A program made the translations under genes and the position numbers. The notes under the pieces were generated by a model. The model saw only the letters and a list, made by a program, of their open reading frames with translations, was not told where the DNA came from and did not search any database. From NCBI GenBank assembly GCA_938023085.1, contig CALHDP010000164.1, positions 1,725 through 65,724 on the forward strand: 64,000 nt of DNA, in the 5' to 3' direction. Positions 37,017 to 45,851 of the stretch are shown here, one piece after another (the first letter of the stretch is position 1; the number at the start of each line of letters is the position of its first letter). The stretch is from an uncultured Collinsella sp. (lineage in GTDB: Bacteria > Actinomycetota > Coriobacteriia > Coriobacteriales > Coriobacteriaceae).

Positions 37017-37519
37017 TGGGTCGCGTTGTGGATGGCCGTGTGAACGGCGCCCCGTTTGCGGGCATCGTGCTCACGGCGGGAAGCGTGCTGCGTGCCGACG
37101 ATGCCGCCGGCCCCGTGCTCTCCAAAAAGATGGAGGACGCGCCCATCGCCGGTTGGTACACCATCGACGGAGGCCAAACGCCCGAGGATGACATCATCGA
37201 GGTCAAGCGCGAGCGTCCGCCGCGTTTGGTTTTGGTTGATGCCGCCGACATGGCGCTGCCCGTCGGCGCCATCCGCTTGCTCGACAAACGCGACGTGGCC
37301 CGCAAGTCGATGTTCACCACGCATTCGCTTCCCTTGTCGATTCTGATCGAAGAGATTGAGCAATCGTGTGATGATATCGTCTTCGTCGGAATTCAGCCGG
37401 GCGACACGGAGTTCTACAACCCCATGTCCCCGGAAGTCTTTGACGCCGTCGACGCCGTGTACGACGCCGTGACCGCCAACGACTTTTCCCACTTTGTCCG
37501 CTTGGGGCAAGAGCAGTAG
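37016..37519 (+). CDS. hycI: Hydrogenase maturation endopeptidase
   Basis: GSVLRADDAAGP, DGGQTPE, LVDAADM, TTHSLPL, GIQP. Confidence 0.88.
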   Translation: MGRVVDGRVNGAPFAGIVLTAGSVLRADDAAGPVLSKKMEDAPIAGWYTIDGGQTPEDDIIEVKRERPPRLVLVDAADMALPVGAIRLLDKRDVARKSMFTTHSLPLSILIEEIEQSCDDIVFVGIQPGDTEFYNPMSPEVFDAVDAVYDAVTANDFSHFVRLGQEQ

Positions 37520-37558
37520 GAGCACTTGTTCCATTTTGTTAGGAAAGAAGTGATTGAC

Positions 37559-38398
37559 ATGGCAGATTCCAAGGTGGAGTATCCCGCTCCCGATTGCCTG
37601 GCGCCCGCCGCGATCGAGGCCAAGACCGAGGTCGCCGGCGTGACCAAGGCTAACCTGCCGGTCGCGAAGGCCTTTCTGTTGGCAATGTTCGCCGGTGCGT
37701 TCATCGCCTTCGGCGGCCTGTTCTTTACGGTGTTTTTGAGCGATAGCACGCTGGGCTGGGGTGCCCAGCGCGTCGTGGGCGGCCTGTGCTTTTGCCTGGG
37801 CCTGGTGCTGGTACTGGTGTGCGGCGCCGAGCTGTTTACCGGCAATTCGCTTATGGTTTGCGCGCTCAAGAGCAAAAAGATCACCCTGGCTCAGATGCTC
37901 AAGGCATGGGTCGTCGTGTGGGTCGGCAATTTTGTCGGCGCCCTGTTCATCGTCTTTTTGGTGTACATGGCCGGCATCTATAAGCTCAACGGCGAGGCGG
38001 TCGCCAACTCCATGGTGAGCGTCGCCGCTGGCAAGGTGACGATCGACTGGGTGACGATCTTCTTCCGCGGCATCCTGTGCAACATCTTTGTGTGCCTGGC
38101 CGTGTGGATCGGTACCGCCGGCAAGACCGTGGTCGATAAGGTCGTTGGCATTCTGCTGCCCATCGCCGCCTTTGTGGCCTGCGGTTTTGAGCACTGCGTT
38201 GCCAACATGTACTTTTTGCCCATGGGCGCCGTGATGCATGCATGCGGCTATGGCGCCGACGTCGCCGGCGCCGATGCGCTCAACGCTGCGGGCATTGCGT
38301 TTAACCTGTCCGCTGCCACGCTGGGCAACATCGTGGGCGGCGCGGTTCTGGTCGCGCTCGGCTACTGGTTTATCTACGCCAAGAAGTCCGAGGCTTAA
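37559..38398 (+). CDS. Formate/nitrite transporter (FNT) family channel
   Basis: AGAFIAFG, GAELFTGN, GILCNIFVCLAVW, FEHCVANM, TLGNIVGG. Confidence 0.92.
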   Translation: MADSKVEYPAPDCLAPAAIEAKTEVAGVTKANLPVAKAFLLAMFAGAFIAFGGLFFTVFLSDSTLGWGAQRVVGGLCFCLGLVLVLVCGAELFTGNSLMVCALKSKKITLAQMLKAWVVVWVGNFVGALFIVFLVYMAGIYKLNGEAVANSMVSVAAGKVTIDWVTIFFRGILCNIFVCLAVWIGTAGKTVVDKVVGILLPIAAFVACGFEHCVANMYFLPMGAVMHACGYGADVAGADALNAAGIAFNLSAATLGNIVGGAVLVALGYWFIYAKKSEA

Positions 38399-38558
38399 TA
38401 AGCCGGAATGACGTACGGGCCTCCCGAGGGGCGTTTGCCTTTTGGGAGGCTCTTCGTGTCTTGCTGCGGTGGATGCTGCGGGCTTTGCGTCGCGGCAGCT
38501 GGTGGCAGAACTGTGGTGCGGTGGGGCTTGGACCCCTGAGATGGAAGGAATAATCGAG

Positions 38559-40676
38559 ATGGCATCGAGAGCTATGCATGACGGTCGCTCCGTGGTGACG
38601 ACATGCGGGGGATGCTATGCCGATTGCGCCTTTGCGGCACGCGTTGAGGACGGTCGCGTGGTGGCCGAGTTGCCGGTGCCGGGGCATCCGTGCGCGGCGC
38701 GTGCCCTGTGCGCCCGCGGGCGGCATCGCCTGGACATGCCGTTTGACGAGCACGACCGGATTTTGCACCCCATGCGTCGCCGAGCTAATGGCTCGGGGTT
38801 CGATGCGATTACCTGGGACGAGGCGTTTGACCAGATTGCCGAGCGTCTTTTGGGGATTGTTGACGAGCGCGGGGCCCGTGCGCTGGGCATGACGCTCGGC
38901 GTGCCCTCGTTCGACCGTTACTGGGCGTATCGCTTTATGCATACGCTGGGTTCACCCAACGTATACGGTGCCGACGGCGCCTGCGAGGTAAGCCGACTTA
39001 CCGGTTGGGAGCACAGCCTGGGCTATAGTCCCGCCTCCGACCTGGCGCACACCGATTGCATCATGTATCTGGGGCGTTCCATTGTCGATTCGTCGACGAT
39101 GGGGGCCGTTGATGCGCTCAACGATGCGCGTCGCCGTGGGGCGAAGATTATCGTGGTTGACCCCCGGCGCAGTGGCTCGGCTGCTTTTGCCGATCGCTGG
39201 CTCCGCGTGCGCCCGGGCTGCGACTTGGCGCTGCTGTTGGGTATTGTCCACGTGCTGATTGTCGAGGACCTATACGACCACGACTTTGTGGCCCGCTATA
39301 CCACGGGTTTTGATGAGCTGGCGCAGGCGGCTGGCGCTTGGACGCCCGAGTGGGCCGAGTCCATGTGCGACGTGCCGGCCGCAGAGATTGTCGCCACGGC
39401 GCGCGATCTCGCATCCGTCGCGCCTGCCGCCGTGGTGGATGCGGGCTTTCATGGTGGCATCGGTATCGCGTATGCCAATAGCACCCAGACCGCGCGTGCT
39501 ATCTGCTTGGTCGATGTGCTGCTGGGCTGCATCGGACACGCGGGCGGTGCCCTCAATCCACCCGCGCCGCTTGTGTTGGGCGACCTCGATCCCGCACGCT
39601 TTGCGACGCCGCCGGTGCCGCGCGGGCCCAAGCTAGGGTCCGAGCGCTATCCACTGGTCGATCCGGTGCGCGGCCTGTGCACGACCATCGGTCAGTCGAT
39701 TCTTGCCGGCGATTTGCGTGGGCTCATTGTCTATGCCAGTAACCCCGGTGCGGGCTATGGCAATGCACAGGCTTGGTTGAGTATTTTGCAGCAGCTCGAC
39801 TTGCTTGTGACGATTGATATTCGCTGGTCCGAGACGGCGCGCGCTTCTGACTTCGTGTTGCCCGACGTGACGTATCTGGAGGCCGACCGCGGTGTGGGCG
39901 CAGTCGTGGGCGCCAATGATTCGCGCGTGTTCTACCGCAACGCCGTGCTGCCCATTTTGCATGACGACACGAGGCCGGGGCGGGAGATCTTTGCCGGTTT
40001 GGCGCAGGCGTGCGGCGTGGGCGAGTACTTCCGGTTTACATCCGACGATCTGGCGGCTGCCCAGGTGGCACCGTTTGGGATTGATCTGGACGAGCTCAAG
40101 GAACGCGGCTGGGCCGACACGGGTGTTGCGTTGCCGTTGCGTACGGGCGAGCCGGCGATTCCCTTGGACGGCGGCAAAATTGCGCTGGCAAGCGACGTAT
40201 GGGAACGAGCCGGCCTGGGCCGCGTTCCCGGTTGGGTTGCGCCCATGGTGGAGCCCGGTCCGGGAATGTTTCGCCTCATTAGCGGCAACCGTCCCTTTGA
40301 GTCGCATACCTCGCGAAGGCTTGCGGCCCAAGGTGCCGCCGAGGCTGGATCGGACCTGGATGCTGTGCAGATGAATGCCGATGTTGCTGCGCACATGGGC
40401 ATCGCCGACGGCGAGATCGTCGAGCTCGTGAGCGATATGGGCCGCGACCGCGTGCGCGTGGAGACGACGCCGTATCTGCATCCGGCGTGTATCTTTACGT
40501 CGGCCGCCCCCGGCGGACGTTCGTTTGGCGCCGATGCCGGCGGCGCTCAAGCCTTGGGCGTCGGCCCGCTCGACCATACACCGTTGCGTTGGGACCCGTT
40601 GACGGGCGCCGCGCTCACTCAGGAAAACGCCGTTCGCGTGGAAAAGATCGCGGCGCGCGAGGATAATAACGAGTAA
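38559..40676 (+). CDS. Molybdopterin (bis-PGD) oxidoreductase catalytic subunit, DMSO-reductase superfamily, substrate unknown
   Basis: TTCGGCYADC..LCARG 4Fe-4S motif, ITWDEA, VVDPRRS, RPGCDLAL, SETARASDFVLPD; no Tat signal; start uncertain. Confidence 0.85.
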   Translation: MASRAMHDGRSVVTTCGGCYADCAFAARVEDGRVVAELPVPGHPCAARALCARGRHRLDMPFDEHDRILHPMRRRANGSGFDAITWDEAFDQIAERLLGIVDERGARALGMTLGVPSFDRYWAYRFMHTLGSPNVYGADGACEVSRLTGWEHSLGYSPASDLAHTDCIMYLGRSIVDSSTMGAVDALNDARRRGAKIIVVDPRRSGSAAFADRWLRVRPGCDLALLLGIVHVLIVEDLYDHDFVARYTTGFDELAQAAGAWTPEWAESMCDVPAAEIVATARDLASVAPAAVVDAGFHGGIGIAYANSTQTARAICLVDVLLGCIGHAGGALNPPAPLVLGDLDPARFATPPVPRGPKLGSERYPLVDPVRGLCTTIGQSILAGDLRGLIVYASNPGAGYGNAQAWLSILQQLDLLVTIDIRWSETARASDFVLPDVTYLEADRGVGAVVGANDSRVFYRNAVLPILHDDTRPGREIFAGLAQACGVGEYFRFTSDDLAAAQVAPFGIDLDELKERGWADTGVALPLRTGEPAIPLDGGKIALASDVWERAGLGRVPGWVAPMVEPGPGMFRLISGNRPFESHTSRRLAAQGAAEAGSDLDAVQMNADVAAHMGIADGEIVELVSDMGRDRVRVETTPYLHPACIFTSAAPGGRSFGADAGGAQALGVGPLDHTPLRWDPLTGAALTQENAVRVEKIAAREDNNE

Positions 40677-40728
40677 TTGACTCAGCTGATGTATTCGACT
40701 GATTCACGTTTCTTTTGAAAGGCCGCAC

Positions 40729-42186
40729 ATGAGCGATAGCCAGAACATGTCCGATGAGGTGCGCGCCCGCCTGCGCGCCATTCCCTCCGTCAACGAGCTG
40801 CTCGCAGAGTGGCCGGTTGTGAAGGCGGCGAGGGAGACCTGCGACGCGGTGGTGCATGCCGCCGTCACGGCCGAGCTCGCCGAGCAGCGCGCCGCCATTC
40901 GTGCCGGTGCCGCCCCGCGTTCCAAGCGCGACCTGGCCTCGGCCATCGAGTGGCGTGCGCATCGCTCTGCGCTGCCGAGCCTGCGCCCAGCAGTTAATGC
41001 CACGGGCGTGGTCATCCATACCAACTTGGGCCGCGCCCCGCTCGCGGAGTCGGCGGCAAAGGCAGTGGCCGAGGTCGCGCGCGGGTACAGCACGCTCGAG
41101 TACTGCGTCGACACCTGCTCGCGTGGGTCGCGCAAGGAACATGCCGCGCAGCTGATCCGCTCGCTTACCGGTGCCGAGGACGCGCTGGTCGTTAACAACA
41201 ACGCCGCCGCTGTGCTGCTGGTGCTGGCGACCCATGCCGCAGGCAAAGAGGTCATCGTCAGCCGCGGCGAGCTTGTCGAGATCGGCGGCAGTTTCCGCAT
41301 CCCCGATGTCATGGCGGCCTCGGGCGCCAAACTCGTCGAGGTCGGCGCCACCAACCGCACGCACCTGGCTGATTATGAGCAAGCCATCACGCCCGATACG
41401 GCGATGATCCTTAAGGTCCATCCTTCCAACTATCGCATCGAGGGTTTTCACGAGGAGGTGGGTTCTCGGGAGCTTGCGGCGCTTGCTCACAAGCACGGCC
41501 TGCTGTTCTACGAGGACCAGGGCTCGGGCGCGCTATTGCCTGACGACATCCTGGTTCGTGGCGGCGAGGAAACCACGCCGGCTTCGGTTTCTGCAGGGCT
41601 CGATCTGGTGTCGTGCTCGGGCGATAAACTGCTCGGTGCCGCACAGGCGGGCATTATCATGGGCCGTCGCGATCTGGTCCAGGCCTGTGGGTCGCATCCG
41701 CTTATGCGCGCCCTGCGCCCGGGCAAGCTCGCACTGGCGGCGCTCGAGGCTACACTGCGCATCTACATGGATGGGGCGGATGTGGCCCATCGCGAGGTGC
41801 CGGTGCTCAACATGCTCACGCTTCCGCAGGCTCATCTGGAGCGTCGCGCACGCAAGCTGCGCGAGCTGATGGTGACGGGCCTCGATAAGGCGGGTTGCCC
41901 GTGCGCCGTGCAGGTGGAGATCGTCGAGGAGTCGTCGACTCCCGGCGGCGGCTCGCTGCCTACCGTCGAGCTGCCCACGATGTGCGTTGCCGTGCGTCTT
42001 GTTGACGCGCGCCTGACGGTCGATGCGCTCAAGCGCTCGCTTGTCCAGGACTTCGACACGCCGGTCGTCACGCGAACCTCGCACGATCGCATTTTGTTTG
42101 ACGTCCGTACGCTCGTGGGCGACCGCGATATCGAGACGGCGGCGTCGACGCTCGTCGCGTGCGTTGAGAGGGCGATTGCTCGATGA
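40729..42186 (+). CDS. selA: L-seryl-tRNA(Sec) selenium transferase
   Basis: NATGVVIHTNLGRA, VNNNAAAV, SRGELVEIGGSFRIPDVM, SGDKLLG. Confidence 0.96.
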   Translation: MSDSQNMSDEVRARLRAIPSVNELLAEWPVVKAARETCDAVVHAAVTAELAEQRAAIRAGAAPRSKRDLASAIEWRAHRSALPSLRPAVNATGVVIHTNLGRAPLAESAAKAVAEVARGYSTLEYCVDTCSRGSRKEHAAQLIRSLTGAEDALVVNNNAAAVLLVLATHAAGKEVIVSRGELVEIGGSFRIPDVMAASGAKLVEVGATNRTHLADYEQAITPDTAMILKVHPSNYRIEGFHEEVGSRELAALAHKHGLLFYEDQGSGALLPDDILVRGGEETTPASVSAGLDLVSCSGDKLLGAAQAGIIMGRRDLVQACGSHPLMRALRPGKLALAALEATLRIYMDGADVAHREVPVLNMLTLPQAHLERRARKLRELMVTGLDKAGCPCAVQVEIVEESSTPGGGSLPTVELPTMCVAVRLVDARLTVDALKRSLVQDFDTPVVTRTSHDRILFDVRTLVGDRDIETAASTLVACVERAIAR

Positions 42187-44150
42187 GTGAGGTTCAGGCG
42201 CTGGTGGAGTGCCCCGTTATCGTTGGCACGGCGGGTCACGTTGACCATGGTAAGTCGGCACTGATCGAGGCACTGACTGGCAAGAATCCCGATCGTCTGG
42301 AGGTTGAGCGCCGTCGCGGTATGACCGTGGAGCTGGGCTTTGGCGAGCTGGCGCTGCCGAGTGGCAAGATCGTTGGCCTGGTCGACGTGCCGGGCCACGC
42401 GCATTACTTGCGCGCCATGGTGCAGGGCGCCACGGGCATCGACGTGGCCGTGCTGGTGGTTTCGGCCGTCGAGGGCGTGATGCCGCAGACGCGCGAGCAC
42501 GTGCACGTGCTGGAGCTGCTGGGCGTCACGCATATGGTGGTCGCGCTGACGATGTGCGACCTGGCTGATGCCGAGATGACCGAGCTTGCCGAGCTTGATG
42601 TCGATGACTTTTTGTCGGGTACCGTGTTTGCAGGCGCGCCGATCGTGCCCGTGTCGTCCAAGACCGGCGAGGGGATTGATGCGCTGCTGGCAGCGCTCGA
42701 CGAGTGCGTGGACGCCTGTTGGGCTGCCTGTCGCGATCGCGCCGAGCGAACCGACGCTGCGCCGCGCCTGCCGATCGATCGCTGTTTTACGATCAAGGGT
42801 GCCGGCACCGTCGTGACGGGTACACTGCACGACGCGCCGGTTGCGGTGGGCGATGAGCTGGTCGCGCTGCCGTCGCGCACGGTCTGTCGCGTCCGCGGGA
42901 TTCAAGTGCATGGCGACACGCAGCAGGCGCTGCCCGGTCAGCGCGTGGCGCTCAATTTAGTGGGCGATGGTGTCGCCGCGCTCGATCGCGGTGAGATGCT
43001 GGGCGTGGCGGACCGCTTTGGTCAGACGTTGCGCTTTATGATGACGTTCACCTACCTGGGGCGCGAGGGCGCCAAGCCGCGCGTGCTCGAGTCGGGCGCG
43101 CGTGTGCATGTGATGGCCGGCACGGCCGAGGTCGTCGGCCGCATCATGCTTTTGGAGGGCGAGGCCCCCATGGCGGTGGGCGAGACCCGTACCGTGCAGG
43201 TGCGCCTGGATGATCCGCTGCCGCTGCGTGCCGGAGACCGTGCTGTGGTGCTGTCGTATTCGCCCGTTATGCTCATCGGCGGCGGGCGCGTGCTGCTATC
43301 GCGCTGCCGTCGCTCGCGCGAGCTTTCTGCCGGCGAGCGCGCACTGTTTGCGGCGCTTGAGTCCGGTGATATCGCGGGCGGTGTGGGCGCTTGGCTGGCG
43401 CTGCAGATGCTGCCGGTTACGGCGGTTGATGTCGCCGAGGCTTTGGATCTTGGTGTCGGCGAGGTCGATGCCGCGCTGCGCGGGTTGGTGGCGCAGGGCG
43501 CTGCTTGCGCGCTTGCAGGCTCGGATGGCTCGCTGTATGCAGATTCTTCTGCGCTCGACGCCGCGATGGATGCACTGGCGGCGACCCTGTCGGCCATGCA
43601 CACGGCGGCTCCCAAGGAGACGGGCTTTACGCCCGGCGCCGTTGCCCATGCTGCGTGGCCTGCCGTTGATGAAGGCGTTGCCGCGGCTCTGATTGCCGAG
43701 GGCTGCTCCCGTGGCGTGTGCGCCGCCGAGGGCGCCGAGGTATTCGACCCGCATTCGGCCGCCGCGGCGGCACGCGTGGTGCGAGAGGCTTGCGAGCGGA
43801 TCGTCGCGCTGCTTGACGAGGCCGGCCTGGATGCGCCAGCGCTTCCCGAGGTGGGCGAACAGCTGCAGCTTGGCCGCGACACTATGACGCGTGCCCTGCG
43901 CGAGCTTTCGCTCAACCGCTCGATCGTTAAGGTCGAGCGCGACGTTGCCCTGTCTGCTGCCGCCGAGGCCCATGCGCGTGAGCTTGTTGCCGCCGCCATT
44001 GAGGCAGCCGGCGGCGCTGCCACCACGAGCGTACTGCGCGAGGCCCTGGGTGTGTCGCGCAAACGCGCCATCAGCATCTTGGAGCACCTGGATGCCGTGC
44101 GCTTTACGGTGCTCGACAAGGACGCCGGCGGCCTGAGGTCCCTGCGCTAG
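42183..44150 (+). CDS. selB: Selenocysteine-specific translation elongation factor
   Basis: GTAGHVDHGKS, RGMTVELGF, DVPGH, IDRCFTIKGAGTVVTGT, C-terminal winged helix LGVSRKRAISILEHLD. Confidence 0.95.
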   Translation: MSEVQALVECPVIVGTAGHVDHGKSALIEALTGKNPDRLEVERRRGMTVELGFGELALPSGKIVGLVDVPGHAHYLRAMVQGATGIDVAVLVVSAVEGVMPQTREHVHVLELLGVTHMVVALTMCDLADAEMTELAELDVDDFLSGTVFAGAPIVPVSSKTGEGIDALLAALDECVDACWAACRDRAERTDAAPRLPIDRCFTIKGAGTVVTGTLHDAPVAVGDELVALPSRTVCRVRGIQVHGDTQQALPGQRVALNLVGDGVAALDRGEMLGVADRFGQTLRFMMTFTYLGREGAKPRVLESGARVHVMAGTAEVVGRIMLLEGEAPMAVGETRTVQVRLDDPLPLRAGDRAVVLSYSPVMLIGGGRVLLSRCRRSRELSAGERALFAALESGDIAGGVGAWLALQMLPVTAVDVAEALDLGVGEVDAALRGLVAQGAACALAGSDGSLYADSSALDAAMDALAATLSAMHTAAPKETGFTPGAVAHAAWPAVDEGVAAALIAEGCSRGVCAAEGAEVFDPHSAAAAARVVREACERIVALLDEAGLDAPALPEVGEQLQLGRDTMTRALRELSLNRSIVKVERDVALSAAAEAHARELVAAAIEAAGGAATTSVLREALGVSRKRAISILEHLDAVRFTVLDKDAGGLRSLR

Positions 44151-44175
44151 GCCGGTCACTCGCTCCCGCCTCCTC

Positions 44176-44242
44176 AGTTGCGGTGAAATAGTTCCTATTT
44201 GGAGGCTTTGGCAGCAAATACAGGAACTATTCCACCGCAACT
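44176..44242. repeat. 67-bp palindromic element, family A, copy 2
   Basis: AGTTGCGGTGAAATAGTTCCT...AGGAACTATTCCACCGCAACT. Confidence 0.85.
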
Positions 44243-44299
44243 TCTTGTTCGTCTTTTTGGGATGGAGCCGTTTCGGTTTGGTAAAATACCGCCGCACTT

Positions 44300-44396
44300 G
44301 GGAACGGATGGGCTCCGGTGGGCTCCGCGGTCCTCAAAACCGTTGCGAGGCGTGCAAAACGTCTTGGATGTGTTCGATTCACATACGTTCCCGCCA
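44300..44396 (+). tRNA. selC: tRNA-Sec(TCA)
   Basis: Long acceptor stem, 6-bp D stem with CGGT loop, TCA anticodon at 44334-44336, 8-bp variable arm, T arm ATGTG-TTCGATT-CACAT, G discriminator plus CCA; directly after selAB. Confidence 0.93.
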
Positions 44397-44550
44397 TACG
44401 CTACCAGCGCTTTTGTGCTCGCGGTCTTGCTGCGTGCCGCAAAGGCGCTGTTTTGTTTTTGCACGAGCTTTTCGTAGCGTCGCTATTTCGGCGGCGGTAT
44501 TTAGCTTCGTGCACCGGGCTTCGAGCATGCCGATGGAGGTGTTTTGCCGT

Positions 44551-45183
44551 ATGACTACCGTAAGACGGGCCGATCTTTCTTGTGTCGTCCAAGCGGGCGG
44601 GCTGTCCTCACGCATGGGCTGCGATAAGGCTCGCATGGCGTTTTGCGGCGAGCCGCTCATCGAACGCGTGCTGGGTCGGCTGGCGCCAGTTACCGGCGAG
44701 TTGGTCGTGACGACTTCGCGTCCCAGCGAGCTTGCCTACCTTGAGGAGCGCACGTTTGGCGGTCTGGTGCCGCGAATAGTGCCGGACCTTGAGGGGCCGG
44801 CGGGCGCCATGCGCGGCATCGCGAGTTCGCTGACTGCGGCCCGGCTGCCTCTCGTTGCTATCGTCGCCTGTGATATGCCGTTTGTCTCTTCGAAGCTAAT
44901 CGGTGCCCTTGCCAGCTGTGTCGAGGCCGAGGCGCTCGACGTGTGCGTGCCGCGCGAGGAGCGGGGGATTGAGCCGCTTTGTGCTGTCTGGCGCCGTGAC
45001 GCGTGTGCGCCGGTCGCCCAAGAGCTGCTCGCCTGCGACCGTCAGCGCATTCGCTGCCTGATTAATCGCGTTCAGGCTGGTTATATGGACGAGCCTCAAA
45101 TCGTTAAGGTCGCAGGCTCGACGCTCTGCTTCGAAAACGTCAATACGCCCGAGGAGTTTACGGCGGCCGAGTTACTCGCCTAG
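44551..45183 (+). CDS. mobA: Molybdenum cofactor guanylyltransferase
   Basis: AGGLSSRMGCDKA, VACDMPF, EPLCAVW, NVNTPEE. Confidence 0.88.
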   Translation: MTTVRRADLSCVVQAGGLSSRMGCDKARMAFCGEPLIERVLGRLAPVTGELVVTTSRPSELAYLEERTFGGLVPRIVPDLEGPAGAMRGIASSLTAARLPLVAIVACDMPFVSSKLIGALASCVEAEALDVCVPREERGIEPLCAVWRRDACAPVAQELLACDRQRIRCLINRVQAGYMDEPQIVKVAGSTLCFENVNTPEEFTAAELLA

Positions 45184-45198
45184 ACGATTGGAGTTGCC

Positions 45199-45594
45199 AT
45201 GTCTCACGATATTTGTCCCGACACGGGAGAACCTTGCACTTGCGATGGGTCCGAGCCTTGTACCTGCGGCTGTGGCGGCTGTGGACATACGGCCGAGGAA
45301 GAGGCAGCGGCGGCTGCGTATCGTGAATCGCACCGCGAGGCCTCGTTTGGCGATGCTCCTGATCACGAACGCAAGATCATCGTTTCGTTCGATAGCACCT
45401 TCGATGTGATGGAATGCGAGCAGCTGTGCCTTGCCGCCGGTGTGCCCGGGCGCATCATGCCGCTGCCCGGCTCCATCACCGCCGGCTGCGGGCTGTGCTG
45501 GGCCATGCCGTTCTCGGGCGATGCACTCGCCGCCTTCCGCGCTGCCACCGAAGGCCGCATAACCCCCGCCGACTACCATCAGCTCGTCCTCTAA
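45199..45594 (+). CDS. DUF3343 family protein with Cys-rich N-terminal extension
   Basis: C-terminal SFDSTFDVM..E..GRIMPLPGSITAGCGLCW, paralogous to 18340-18591. Confidence 0.72.
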   Translation: MSHDICPDTGEPCTCDGSEPCTCGCGGCGHTAEEEAAAAAYRESHREASFGDAPDHERKIIVSFDSTFDVMECEQLCLAAGVPGRIMPLPGSITAGCGLCWAMPFSGDALAAFRAATEGRITPADYHQLVL

Positions 45595-45851
45595 CCACCA
45601 ACATCACCACAAAGGTGCCTGTCCCCAATGTGGTGGCTTGGAACACGTGGACGAAACAGGTTTGAAACACGGGTTTTGCATGTCGGGCACTCAAAAACGC
45701 CTCTACCTGCATCGTAATCAAAACGAAACATCTGCTCGTCGGCTTATGCGAAACTTTGCTGCAACAGTGCGATATTATCCATACTCGATAAAGCTCGCGG
45801 CGCATGGGGTGCCGCGACCGACACTTTTCGTTTCCCATCATTGGAGGAAGC

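Noticed and set aside
21401..45600. Integrative island inserted at tRNA-Gly carrying the FHL and Sec genes
   Set aside because: No integrase or transposase, no distant att repeat seen, and codon style of most genes matches the host; only a local duplication is supported
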